This document shows, in pieces, positions 10,494 to 22,681 of a DNA stretch of 64,000 nt. The notes under the pieces are model-generated. The model was not told where the DNA came from. It did no database searches and saw nothing but the letters and a program-made list of their open reading frames with translations. The DNA comes from Selaginella moellendorffii (lineage: Eukaryota; Plantae; Lycopodiophyta): the NCBI RefSeq assembly GCF_000143415.4, contig NW_003314449.1, forward strand, positions 33,326 through 97,325. Reading direction: 5' to 3'. Both the position numbers and the translations under genes were made by a program. Within the stretch, counting starts at the first letter, position 1, and every line of letters starts with the position of its first letter.

Positions 10494-10515
10494 TCCCACT
10501 TTAACGAAATAGAGC
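10494..10515 (-). repeat. Terminal inverted repeat, phosphatase-side end of copy 1
   Basis: TCCCACTTTAACGAAATAGAGC is the exact reverse complement of 35009-35030. Confidence 0.85.
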
Positions 10516-10819
10516 TTTTGAGAGTTCATTCCCTATTTCTTCTCATTTTTTGTTCTTTCCAGATTTTTCCCCATTTTTCCTATTCTATTGAGTTTTTCAT
10601 CATTTTCTTGATAGTTGTAAAAAATCTCCTAAACCAGCGTGAGATTAGCTGATCAGCAGAGTAGAGAGTACCACTCAACGGAGTTATGAGGAGTGTGGGG
10701 CTACCCTATCAGACGAATTTTTATTGTGGAAAATGCCATTCTAATGGGACAAAGGAGTTCTGTAGACGGCTGGAGGATTACCTCGAGAGAAAACCGAGAG
10801 GACAAGAGTGGAATGGAAG

Positions 10820-11636
10820 ACCATTCTTGTGCAACAACTGTGTCAAAGGAATAGCCACCTTCGCAAACTTATGCTGGAAATGTTGGTAGTAATTAGCCAT
10901 TCTAAGGAAACTGCATAACTCGACCATTGTAGTTGGTGTAGGCTAGTTCTCCACCACAGCCACCTTCCTTGGATCCATTTTGACACCCTTAAATGTCACA
11001 ATATGGCCTACATATTCCACCTCTGACTTTGTAAATTCACATTTGCTCTTCTTCACATAAAGTTTGCAGTCACGAAGTAACAAAAAAACCTTGCACAAAT
11101 GCACTTTATGCTCCTCCATATTTTTGCTGAAAACAAGAATATTGTCCAAGAAATCTCCATAAACTCATGAAGATAACACACAAATACCTCCATCATCAAC
11201 CGAGTAAATGTGGCTAGTGCATTTGTCAAACCAAACAACATAACTATAAATTCAAAATGCCTGATGCTTTTGTTGAATGCCATTTTGGAGATAGATGCAT
11301 CATCCATTGCAATTTGATGATATACACTCCTCAGATCAATCTTGGTAAACACACGTGCTTCACCAAGCTTGTCTAAGATGTCATCCACACATGGCATCAG
11401 CATTTTATCCTTCACTATCTTCTTGTTCAAGACACGGTCGTCAATACACATTTTCATTGAATCGTCTTTCTTCTTCACAAGCAAGACCATAGCACCAAAT
11501 AGAGACTTACTTGGTTGAATAAATCCAAACTCAAGTAACTCCTTGACTTGTTTTGCTCCTTTGCATAACTTAACTAAAATAGACGCCGATAAATTGGCTG
11601 TGTCCCTGGCTCCAACATAATCCCATGCTCCACAAG
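10820..11636 (-). pseudogene. Ty3/Gypsy reverse transcriptase fragment (family C)
   Basis: VKKKDDSMKMCID, FTKIDLRS, LFGLTNA, KKSKCEF; frameshifted; similar to 62830-63640. Confidence 0.85.
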
Positions 11637-11836
11637 CTACCTCTACTCAGCATTTCGATGCTTGTGTAGAGGGGCTGGAAGTGTTGGTTGGCAAAACCAC
11701 ACTTGTGGAGACTTTTTATTTTGCGGATATCCATCGTGTGGATCTCATTCTTGGGATCCCATGGTTGGTGAAGGTGGATCCAGGGATAAAGTGGAGTATT
11801 AAGTGTGTCTCGCTAGAGTACAATGGCGTTAAAGAT
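11637..11836 (+). pseudogene. Gypsy protease fragment (family C), inverted relative to the adjacent RT
   Basis: VDLILGIPWL motif; similar to about 62418-62618. Confidence 0.7.
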
Positions 11837-13230
11837 GTGTACCCACTCGGATCATCGTTTTTATCTCTACATATGCAATAAGACTAGTTGCCCAATCTCA
11901 TTAGATAGCTCGCCGAGACTCATTCTCTAATACCAAATGTAGCGCACGTGGTTTTTACCCTTTATCCTATGGTGATTTACTATAGGATAACCATGGAAGC
12001 AGAACCTAAACCCTCCATATGCCACATGTCATATGCCATGTGTCACATGCCACATGTCCAAAAGACAATGGTGTGGAACCCGAGTTTTAGGGCCTTGGGC
12101 CAAAACAAAAGAACGGTGCCAAACTCCCAAGCATGGAGCCAGGGAGTGACGAAACTGAACCATGGAGCAACTCTTAAGCATACAACCCAAGGAGCAAAGG
12201 GACAGGAGCCCAGAGTGACTTGGAACAGTCCTAGAGCAACTAGCATCCCAATGCCAGGACCAACACGCAAAACGGAGCCAAATAGAGTCTGGTGCTATTT
12301 TGGTATATTAGTAGCGTAACGCGAGAATATGGGTACTCCACCAACTAGCATGGTGTGGAACTTAGGCTTAGACCGAAGTCGGACGTAGAACAAGCACAAG
12401 CATGCAAGCGAAAGCTAGACTATGCCTCAGATGGTCGGCCATGCCCGACCTACCCACTATCCCTACTATACATTTGGAACCCTCGATAACCCCCCCTGTT
12501 GAGGAACACACACTTTGGGCTTTCACCCCAAGCCTCCCGTAGTACCAGGAGTTAGTCTCTGGGACAAGCTCAAAACTTACTAAATATGGAATGTCCCTAG
12601 ATTGCAAATTTGGACATGGGACGAACACCACGGTGTTCAAGTTAATCTCTACATTCCGTAGATATACCAAATAAGCAAATCTAGACACTTTCCATAAATA
12701 ATATTTGGGACCAAAATGAGACTAACACAAAGGGTATGATAGTAAGGGTGTTTGGCAAATACGGTAAGCTATCATTTAGCAAATATTGAGGGACCAATCT
12801 CAATATTGCGAGGGTTCCCAACACTAGCAAGTGTAAGTTAACGAATGAATTTCTCTAATTAGGTCAAGTATGCTTGACTAATAGCACTTAGGAATTCCAT
12901 CCTTATGCTCATCTAGTCAAGTGCACACACGAGGACCAATTTCTCAACTAGCTTAGGCAAAGATTAATAACGGGTCTAGCAATATTAACCTCTTGCTGTC
13001 ATGGCTGTAAGGAAAGAGTGTCCGTAAGGACTGGCCGACAGGTAACTTTCGATACCCGAAGTCACATTCGCGACAAAACAAAAGTTGATGGTCAAGGACT
13101 TTCATGCTTATGCATGAAACCATGTTACATTGGTTAGATGACTTGCTAAGCAAGAGTGACAAGTTAGAGGAACAAATCCCCTAGTTGAAGGTGCTAACTT
13201 CAAAAGGGGTGGCCCATGGGGCCAAGCATG
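11837..13230 (-). mobile_element. Family B (LARD-like) LTR with PBS and leader fragment
   Basis: Reverse complement of about 52040-52930 and part of 57660-57690. On the minus strand the LTR ends ...CTACA at 11938, followed by a tRNA-Met-type PBS (TTTGGTATTAGAG). Confidence 0.7.
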
Positions 13231-13232
13231 AA

Positions 13233-13254
13233 GCTCTATTTCGTTAAAATGGGA
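13233..13254 (+). repeat. Terminal inverted repeat of copy 2
   Basis: GCTCTATTTCGTTAAAATGGGA, one mismatch to the consensus. Confidence 0.85.
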
Positions 13255-13672
13255 ATTGTCATTATCCCACTTGTAAAATAAGGTTTCCAAACCTTTATAT
13301 AGTATATAAATATAACAAAATTCAACTGTATTGATTCACATGCCATTTTATTTTAAACAAGGAAATGTCTACTCAATCACTTCTCCTCCCCCTGCCACTG
13401 CTTCACCTCTCTCTTCTCCTTGTCATCATTGTCCAATTTCTTTCCATCCTTTTAATATTGGCTCAGTTGCTCCGAGTCTAGGTGGAGCCCAAGTCCCCAT
13501 TCAATCTTTACTTTCCCCTTATTAATAAAACAACTTCGTAGACTCCCAATAACATGCTATAACACTTCTAGTATAATGTAAATCCTCTCAAAGAATTGTC
13601 TTTTAATATTAATACAATGGCATGGAACCCCATACCATAATAAGTTACATTTTTAAATAAATACATGCCATC

Positions 13673-15165
13673 TCAGACTGTTATTTTTTGCCTCCAACGC
13701 CTATACAATAATCTTGGAATTTCATCACTCTCCACACTATCAGGATTTAAACCCAATAGTAATGCCATCTCTTCTCTAATACGTCCACACTCATGTTCAG
13801 TGGTCGAAAAACCTATCCGGTTGAGCAGATTATGGAGATGCGGATAGTGCTTAGCTAGACAATATACATGCCATAAATGATGACTAGTGTCTGTCCGATC
13901 AAATGGCTTCTGATATACCGTTCCATCTGCCATTTGGTTGATTTCTGCAGCCACCTCCTGGACTGGCCGATTCTCTATCACCATCTCTCCAAGCCGTTTT
14001 GCAAGGTCCCCCAGAACATACGGTTTCTTCTCCCTAGTTTCCATACTACAAGAGATGGGTGCACTGCATATGTGTGCATGTTCGCTGCAGTTTTAATCGG
14101 CAAGTCATCGATGATGAGGATTTCACTTGAGCTAGCAGTCCGGTTCATCACTACAGCCTCTGGCTTGACAAAGATGGGCTTGCTACCCCTCACATAGACC
14201 ATAGTCAAGCAATCCTCCTGCATTAGGAGAAAGTCAAATGGTAATATTACTCGCGTCTGATCGTACATCATCTGTAGCAACGTTAATGCATTGTGGCGCA
14301 TCATGGATGTCCAAACTCCCAATTGCAAATTGAACCCAGCCCTCTGTTTTAAGTGTCGCATGGTCATTATTAGATCCCACAGTTTCTCCCGTGTGATTAA
14401 TGTGAATCTGTCTCTTTTGACCAACTTGCGACCGCAGGCTTTGGAGGGTGCAGTGACATTCGAGGACGAGCCACGCTCATGGGAGAAAAGGACACCGTTC
14501 AGATCAAAAACGATACAGTACCTTCGCCGTGACTCTGAAATGGAATGCGTCAGCATAAAAATGGTACAAGTCAATTTTACCATCTACAATATTAGCGAAT
14601 GGTGCTCCCGATGGTCGTTGAGAGGGTTTTGGTCGAGGAAACGTGAAGGGCGGAAATACTCTCCTCTGCAATGTGGGGTCAATCGCATCCGATGGCGTGT
14701 GGGCACATGCCATTTCAGCTGTAGACTCTGGTACAACTGGCTCAACAGTGGCATGGGGTGGTTCCAATGGCGTGTGATCACACGCCATTTCAGCTAGTGC
14801 CTCCGTTGGCAAAGTGGACATGACCGAACAGGCAGTAGGGGCGGTGTAGGGAGGTTTCAACGGCGCGTATCAGACGATTGGGCACACGTTGAGTCCGTTG
14901 GAAATGAGGATACGACCGGCTCAGTGGCTGGGGCGGCCTCATGCGGGTCCAATGGCGCCTGGTCACCGTCAGTTGGATACGTGGACAAGACTGACTCAGT
15001 GGTATGGGCAGCATCAAGTGGAGCGTGGTCAGCTTGCTTGGCGTTGATATAGATAGTAGCCTCCACCAGCTCTGATGACTCTTGCAGCCAAGTAGAGTCC
15101 ACTGGCGGATCCATATGCATGTCCAAATATCTCCCTTCGATTGAGATGGTATCCTCCCGTGCTAC
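13673..15165 (-). pseudogene. Linker plus FCP1/NIF-like phosphatase, copy 2 (frameshifted)
   Basis: ORFs 14857-15186, 14504-14860, 13978-14583 and 13673-14044 match 8625-10075, with small indels. Confidence 0.8.
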
Positions 15166-15428
15166 TAAAAACAAACTCATTAGCACATTGAATCCACTAT
15201 ACTGTATTTACCATCAACTGCTATTGAGGAACTAGGACCGATATCACTTGGGCACACTGCTGATTCTGAAGGATTGGACATACGTTTCGACCCTTGCTTG
15301 GCACTATCCTTCCTCGACACTAAAGGCTAGAGTTTGTAAATTCAACTGAATAATCTCTACTTACCATTTGCTCTGCGACCTACATGGACAATGTTAGAAA
15401 TGGTAAAAGGTTAGGAATGGATGTATTA

Positions 15429-15530
15429 TTATTTACCTGATGGTTTGTCTTGTATGACCTTCCTCCGCTACTCTTTGGCCCCAAAGAGCAGCGGAGGAAG
15501 GTCATATAAGACAAACCATCAGGTAAATAA
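15429..15530. mobile_element. 102-bp fold-back MITE-like insertion flanked by TA
   Basis: 50-bp arms with 2 mismatches and a 2-nt loop; TA at 15427-15428 and 15531-15532. Removing it plus one TA gives a GTAATA donor for a short intron. Confidence 0.6.
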
Positions 15531-15533
15531 TAC

Positions 15534-18500
15534 CACCTCATGATCGTCACCATTGTGAGGACCATCCAAGTCCTCTTTGTCCTCCTTTTCTTCGTCCTCC
15601 TCTTCTTTGTCCTCCTCTTCGTCCTTCTGCTCTTCCTGCTCATTATCTTTCTCTGGCTCCTCATCCCCCTCTTGCATTTCTTCCATAGGCTGCTCAGGTT
15701 GGATGGCTTGTTCTTCCAGGACCATCTTGGGAAAATCATCTGGCCGAGTCTCCATCTCAAAATACAAGACATCCATAGCCTGTTTTAGTGCGTGACTTAG
15801 GACCGTATCCTCACCCGACTGTCTTAACATGGTTTCTGCACGTTCTTGCACCCTTCGAAGACGACGAGATGAGTAAAACGTGGCCCTGACTTGAAAAGCA
15901 TCCCTCATCCATTGTACCTCTCCATTGAGATTGGGGAAGGGGAGTCCGCCATAGGAATCTGAGTCAGGAGGTGGTGACTGGCTGCTTTCACTCAGCCCTT
16001 GATCTGCAATGAATGGCATGAGCACACACGCCATAACCGCGAGGCATTACCTATCATCTTTTCGTTGCCCTTCTTCCTTTTCGAATCAACCGCCTCTGAT
16101 CCCGACGACTGTCCAACATGTTTTTGCTTTTTATGACCACTATCAGTTTGAGCTTGGCTGGTGCTTGCCTGTTTTTCTTTTCAAGAAGTGTCTCCTGCAA
16201 GGAATGGCATGAGACCACACGCCATTGCAAATATAATTTGTACCTCCTTTTTTCCTATTGCTTGTCTGTTTGTCCTTCTTCGACGCGCCACCAGTGCGCT
16301 TTTCAGTCCTCGTGTCTGAATATTCACAACGATCTATAATCAAAATGGCGTGAGGCCTCACGTGACCTTACCTTGTGCAGGTTGTGAGCTCGGCCCAACA
16401 TGGGTATCTTCAACAGTAGCTGTTAACGCCATTTCAGCATCTGGGGGTGGCCACGCTCCTGCATACAGAGCTTGTGAGATAACATTTAAACTTAAAGTGC
16501 GTACTCACTAGGTTCGCAGAGAAGATACTGTTTTTCTTTGGCAACTGTAATTATATGCTCTATTGAAGTCACCTCTTCAATGGAGTTTGTCACCACAACA
16601 CACGGGACACCCTTGAGTAGTGCGGCTCGAAAGAATAGTCCGCCGCAGTTGTACTCAACAACGCATTTGCCCTTGGAGTCGGAAGCAGGTGACCCACCCG
16701 CTATTGCGTTGAAGACCCAGCTGAGCATTTCCCATGCTGCACCTGGAGCTTTCTTTGGATTCGAAAGCTCCATAGCCATCTTTAGTTCCTCAGGCACGGG
16801 TAAATTGACCTCCCTCGGATCAATTCGATTGGCCTTGTCGAACAAAGCTGGGAAGTCACTCCAGTCCCACTCTGCTGCAGGACCAATAACAAGGGCGAGT
16901 GTGAAGATGCGGACATTCGTCGGTATCTTCTTCTTAGCCATTATCCCATGGATCTCCCGCATCTCCTTGCCTTTCAATCGAGCCTTCACCTCGTTCAAGG
17001 CCTTCCAGAAATTGTGATAGGATTCGGAGTCGTAGATCATATAGTGGACTGAAGATTCCACCTCCGCAAGTCCCACCATTAAGTCAATGATGGAGCTGAC
17101 TTCGTCTGCATGAGTGATCTCCTCGTTTGTGAAGTCCATCACACAAAAGATGTTCTTGACCTGCTCATCTCTGCGGGAAATGATGCTCCTCCACCTTTGA
17201 TCCTCATCCGAATTCATGTATACCTGGTAAGGTTCTCGATAGGCCTCTGCTACGGGGTCGAGCTGTTTCTGAAGCCGGCGGTCGACATCCCTCTTAATGA
17301 AATTTGGATACTGATCCAACTTCTCAGCTTTACTTTTCGTGGCATCCCGCAGCAGATCGATGAACTTGGGGGCCCCCTTCACATACTCGTCGATGTCTTC
17401 ATTTGACAAATCCAGCGCTTCCATCATCTCTTACGTGGTGTCGATGCTCACCCTCTCCACGGCCACTTGCTCAAAGATCCAATCCTTCAATAGCGCACGA
17501 GCTCTCAAAGTCGTGCACAAGTCCTCGTATGTCACAATATGGCCGGGAGTCATTTTGGTCTTGTTGAAGACTACCTCACCACGTAGAAGAGCATTAGCCA
17601 CTGTCAGAAGGTCGTCGTCGTCTAGAGACCGCGAGAAACGCAAGGCATTGAGCTTCAAATCATTGGGCTTCCGGCCATCCTCCACACCCATTGAGTTTAG
17701 TAACTCTCTGTCATGGTATCTCCTCAGCACATCTACCCATTTGTCAAAAACAACTTTTGTCGTGAGTAGAATGTTATGGATGCTGAGTGTGTCATTGACC
17801 CCCAGTGTTTTCGAGAGAAGACTCGAGAATTCTTGCAATGGAAATGGCATGAGGCCACATGCTATGCAACATGCAACGAGGCTTACCTGCCAGGCGCTAG
17901 TTGCTAGTGCACGTCTTTGTCCTGGTTTTTGTGGCTTCTTCAGTTGAACCCAGAGCTTCCGTGTTCGTGCCAATGTCTAGTGCAGACCCGATTTGTAGCA
18001 CATTTCTTGCTTGACATTCTGCGTGTGGGAGATGTATATGATAGATCGGAGGGGTGAGTTGCCTTTTATCAGGCGGACAACTCTTGTCTTGAAGACTTTC
18101 TTCACCTCATCGCCCATCATAATATCCACAACTATCTCTTGCATCGCCAAGCTAGAATGCTACCCGGAGACGGCATAGAACCGGATGTTCTGATCTTCCA
18201 ACACCTTCCTATTGATCAAGTCTGGAAACCTCATCTCGCCCTTCATTGTTCGGTAGTAGGGGATCACGTCTACGATGTCGGGTGTTATTGGACTTGCCAG
18301 CATCTTCTGCTTCAGTTTCTCCACCCACTCATCAGATACTAGCCTATGGTTGTATTTGCTTTGGATGTCGATACGGCTCACATCAATTGTATATACTTTG
18401 TTGGAATAGTAACAAGTACTATTATCTGCGATGATTTTTGCTGCCTCTTCTTGCTCTTTCTGCTCTTTGCGGCTCTTCTTTTTGGTGGGTGTAGTGTTCG

Positions 18501-19307
18501 AACCCGAGGCAATGGCATCACTGAGTAGCTTATTTTTTGGAGCAGGAGAGTCGGACGTTGGCTTGAGCTTGACCACTCTTTTCTGCTTCTGGGTAGTTTC
18601 CAGATCGACCCCCTTCCCCTTCGCTTCGCGAACTGGAGGCACTCTCAACGGCTCAATGTTGGAATATAGTTTTTGAACATCGCCGTAGGTGAGGTCCGTG
18701 GATTCCATGTGATCTTCATAAACCCGCAACGTTTTTGAAATTGTGGGCCTCCTGGACAACCTCTCCCTAGCTCCCTCTAGGAATTCCTCATAGCCGCTGC
18801 CCCCTTCCGGGAAGCCGCTAGGATGTGCAAGGTGGATCTTGAAGGCAGACGCTGTCTCTACCACAAGTGCCAGTCCATATTCTTGCATGGAACTGCATGG
18901 AGTATCTGTCACTTGGATGAGGATCCCCGTGCATTCTTTTCTCCCACCATCTGTGTTGTACAGCCTTAGATCCTCGCCTTCCATCCCAAAAGTCCAACTG
19001 GTGAGCTCCTCCCCCTTCTCTGCATCCACATTGATAGTGGCTGTAAGAAGAACGCAATTCCTCGCCTGTTCAGAAATGCACAACAATTAGAGCTGACAGA
19101 TGAAAAGCTAGCAGCTGGAAATAACGTGAGGCCACACGCCATTCACCACTGCATCAAATGTCTTGAGGCTGCATCCTAAGATGGCGTGAGGCTACACGCC
19201 ATCTGTAACCGGACTGCACTCGAGAGCCTAATCGGTGCATGCCAATGTTGCTACTGAATGGCATGTGGCCTCATGCCATTTTCTACTTGGCCTAAAAGAC
19301 TTACCAT
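15534..19307 (-). pseudogene. Cargo gene 2, copy 2 (ParB-like, MTase-like, then basic and acidic exons), several stops
   Basis: Homologous to 5680-8614. Extra exons are joined in frame by GT-AG introns 16316-16371, 16195-16243 and 16004-16050. In-frame stops near 18160, 17977, 17431 and 16182. Confidence 0.7.
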
Positions 19308-20512
19308 TTGAAGCCGAATGGAGGAGTGACAATCGAGGCCGGACTCGCTGGCGAATGTGCACTATGTGTGCAGCGGATCTTAGCAACAAGGCTACTCTGC
19401 CACTTACAGTTGGAGAGTGGCACTGAAATCTCCCGGGACGCCAAGTGGGCTGCGTGTGAGTGGCAGAGTGGGCGGCGGAGTTGGCGGCAAAGTTACAAAC
19501 TAGGTGTGTCTTGAAGTGGACGCCGATGCACACAAGCGCGATGCGAGCGCGAGTGTGATGCAAGCGCGAGTGGACACCGATGCACACGAGAAACCTGTAG
19601 AGAAGGTAGATGAGCGCGAGTGGGAGCGCGATGCGAGCGCGAGTACGAAGCGAAATGCAAAACCTAACCTCACACGCGCGAAATGTCATGACGGTTGGTA
19701 ATCCCGCAATGTCATCATTCCTCGGACTTGGGCGCCACCATTAATTTCTGGTTTGCCGCGCGCATGCATGCACGTGAAATCCAAAAGAAATCCGCAACGT
19801 CATCATTCCTCGGATTGCATGCACGCGAAATCCAAAAAAAAGATCATGCTTGGGATATCATTTAATACCCTCGCTATATTTATACCATGCATGATTGGAT
19901 ATTCCAAAGCATCTTGTATTTCCAAAAATGCCAGATGTTCAGCTAAATAAAGAATGGTATACAAATCCCAAAAAATGCACCAAAAAATGCTCGGCGTCAT
20001 CTGGCATTACCTCTTGAATGGCGTGGGGCCGCATGCCATTTTCAGGGGCACATAGGAGTATATTCCTAGAATATTCTGACACGCGCGAGATTTTTTTGAG
20101 TTTTCTGGAGATCCAACCGTTAGATCGCAACTAGATTTTACAGAATGGTATACAATGTCTTTCTTGATGACCCTGCAAAGAAGCATCTCGATCGGACAAC
20201 ATATGAGACCACACGAGCCTTACAATATTTCAGGGGCATTTGCCATAGATCCGACTGTTATTTTGCTCCAAGATTCTACAGTTTTGTGTGCATTGACCTT
20301 TCCATCGACACTGCAAAGGGACATCACAATCAGATGCGGGATCACAAGAAACCAACTTCACTAACTCTGGTTTCACCAAGATCTACGTAAGGAGTTATGA
20401 AATGAAAGGACCCTCTCTATTGAAATGTGTTTATGGTCCTAGGGGCATTGTGATATATCAAAGGATTTTGCATCAAGTTCTGTATTTGCATGTTTATCAA
20501 GCTACTGAATTG

Positions 20513-20538
20513 CTAAACCCTAAACCCTAAACCCTAAA
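20513..20538 (-). repeat. Telomeric/telo-box tract (CCCTAAA)n, copy 2
   Basis: CTAAACCCTAAACCCTAAACCCTAAA, one unit shorter than in copy 1. Confidence 0.85.
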
Positions 20539-22681
20539 CATGTGGCAAATGCTGCGTGAAGAAAGATGCCCTTTCTGGGCAAATGCTATAAGAGGCAGAT
20601 GCCAAGCAGATGTATCTCAGGCTAGCGAAGGGGACAAACGGAAGCTAGCTATAAACATGACGGGATGCAAATAGATTACTAGGCTGGTCCTGCGAAAATC
20701 AAAAACCATAATTGAAAACATTGAAAATGCAAAAAAAAAGGTTTATAATATTTTTGAATTTTAAGCAACCAAAGGAATGTAAGTAGGGCATGTGTTTGTA
20801 AGTTTAAAAATGCCTCAACCACTTAAATTCCCAAGTAAATAAAGCTGTTTCTATTTTTGGTACAGGTAAACTTTATAGCGTGTGGGCTCATGCAATTTTG
20901 AACCCAAAAATGCACCAAAAAATGCTCGACTAGCATTATTCTTTGAATGGCGTGTGGCCTTATATTGCCATAAATGGACATACACACACAGCATAATTAT
21001 TCCTTTACACGGCGAATAATCTTGGCACGGATCGCTGACACGGCATGGCAAAGTTCGAATCACTGACATGGCACAGCTGGATCGAGGCAAGGACATGATG
21101 TGACAAAGTTCAACGTCCGACAGCAAAGTCTAGAAGCTACTCAGTTTGAAATTTGTCAGAGGAATCATAAGATCTTGTTTGTCAGAGGATTTGATGTGAC
21201 GTTCAAGCGTGTGTTATTTTTGAATTCTCGAACTCATTCCTAGGTCTATCATTTTTGTGCGCCGTGTTCTTGGTTCCGCTGAGCGTAGTGAGCGCTGCTT
21301 GTGTAAGCGGCGTTGTGAGCTGTGGTTTATGCGTCTACAAGCGGTTGTGGCATTGCGAGCACCATTGCGAGCGGCAGTTTATGCGAGTGGCAGTTTGTGC
21401 GAGCGGCGCTACGAGCAGTTGCGGTGTTGCGAGCGGCGCTACGAGTAGTTGTGGTGTTGCGAGAGGCACTGTCTTTGGTGTGGCTATCGCTTCCTCTTGA
21501 TATTCGGCACTTGTGCTTCCTGGTATGTTCACCATGGAATGGTTTAGGACCACATTTAGAAATGGCATGAGGCCACATGCCATCTTGGGCCCTTGCAATT
21601 TCATGGCTAGCGTATTGTCATGTATGTTTTTACTTGCCTGCAGCTGTGTGTATATCAAGATGGCATGAGGCCTCATGCCAATTTTGTGAATGCGAAATTT
21701 CACGTGGGTGTCAATAGCATGTTTGAATAATGGCATGTGGCCTCATGCTATTGAGGTTGTTTGGTATGTTATGATTTAGGCCATTCTCCAATCATTTTTT
21801 GTATGGTCTTAACTTCTTTTCTGCACTTTCAGAATGGCCTTCAGGGTTGGGGAAAAGGTTTACATTTTGAATGGTGGGAAGAGAGTTGCAAAAGGGACCC
21901 TTGTGTCTATAGATCGGAACTTTGTTATACACTATCAAAGGCTTAGGGAAAGCAATGCTGCTGTATCAATAGAGACTGTCTTCGATGGGAATGTGGTCGC
22001 TATTGAACGAGGAGACATGGTCGTCGGGGTAAATGTTGTTGTTGCCTTGAAAAATCTTCAGAAGAAAGCAGATGTTGGGGACAGCGCAAGTGCGACGCAT
22101 GTTCCCTCCGTAGATCTTAAGAACCGTGCTACATGGATTCAGGCAAAGGTGTTTCTAAACAACCCCGAGGGGGAGGTGGTAGCTGAGGGCTTAGCCACAG
22201 TTGTCGATCCAAGAGATGCGGTTGCTAATCAAGAATTGGGCTGGGATGATATTGGAGTTGTGATTTTAGAGGTTGTTGACACAGAAGAAAACAGTCTGAC
22301 TATTGGAAGCATTGTGCGGTAGAAATTGAGGCACTTAGTGTTTGAGAATGTGAAGGATTCACAATCAAACACCACTACAACTGATGACAAAACATCTCTT
22401 CATGGGAAAAGAAAATACACCTTCCTAAAGCGCAGCCAAAGGTATCTGAGCAACGAACTGAAAAGGCAGAAAATGGCGATGGAGGTTCGAATGGTCTCGA
22501 CAGTTGCTTGTTGCAAGAGGAGGTGCTGTCAACATGCTGATTGGGATGCTATTGAAGAGGAGAGAGCAAGATACAAGACATTGTCCTGGAAGGCAGCTCG
22601 CAATTTTGTGTATGAAGCATTACGGTCATCTGTTGATGCTTCAGAACATCAAGTGGGGGGCATGGTCTTCCAGAGGGGTTT

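Larger units (their letters stand above)
1..10515. mobile_element. Large TIR DNA transposon (DUF7869/Sola1-like), copy 1; left end lies outside the window
   Basis: Contains an intact transposase ORF. Similarity to the inverted copy 2 stops at or within 2 bp of the TIR end (10515 vs 13233). Position 1 aligns with 36597 of copy 3, which carries the opposite TIR. Confidence 0.85.

Noticed and set aside
10686-10889. Cys-rich 67-aa ORF resembling a zinc finger
   Set aside because: Its 3' part is the antisense of Gypsy RT/connection sequence (NYYQHF..VAIPLT); no independent support.
12017-12058. ATGCCA-rich stretch in family B LTRs as more copies of the 22-bp palindrome
   Set aside because: Only TGCCA(C/T) half-site-like words in direct orientation; the two-arm, 6-nt-spacer structure is absent.
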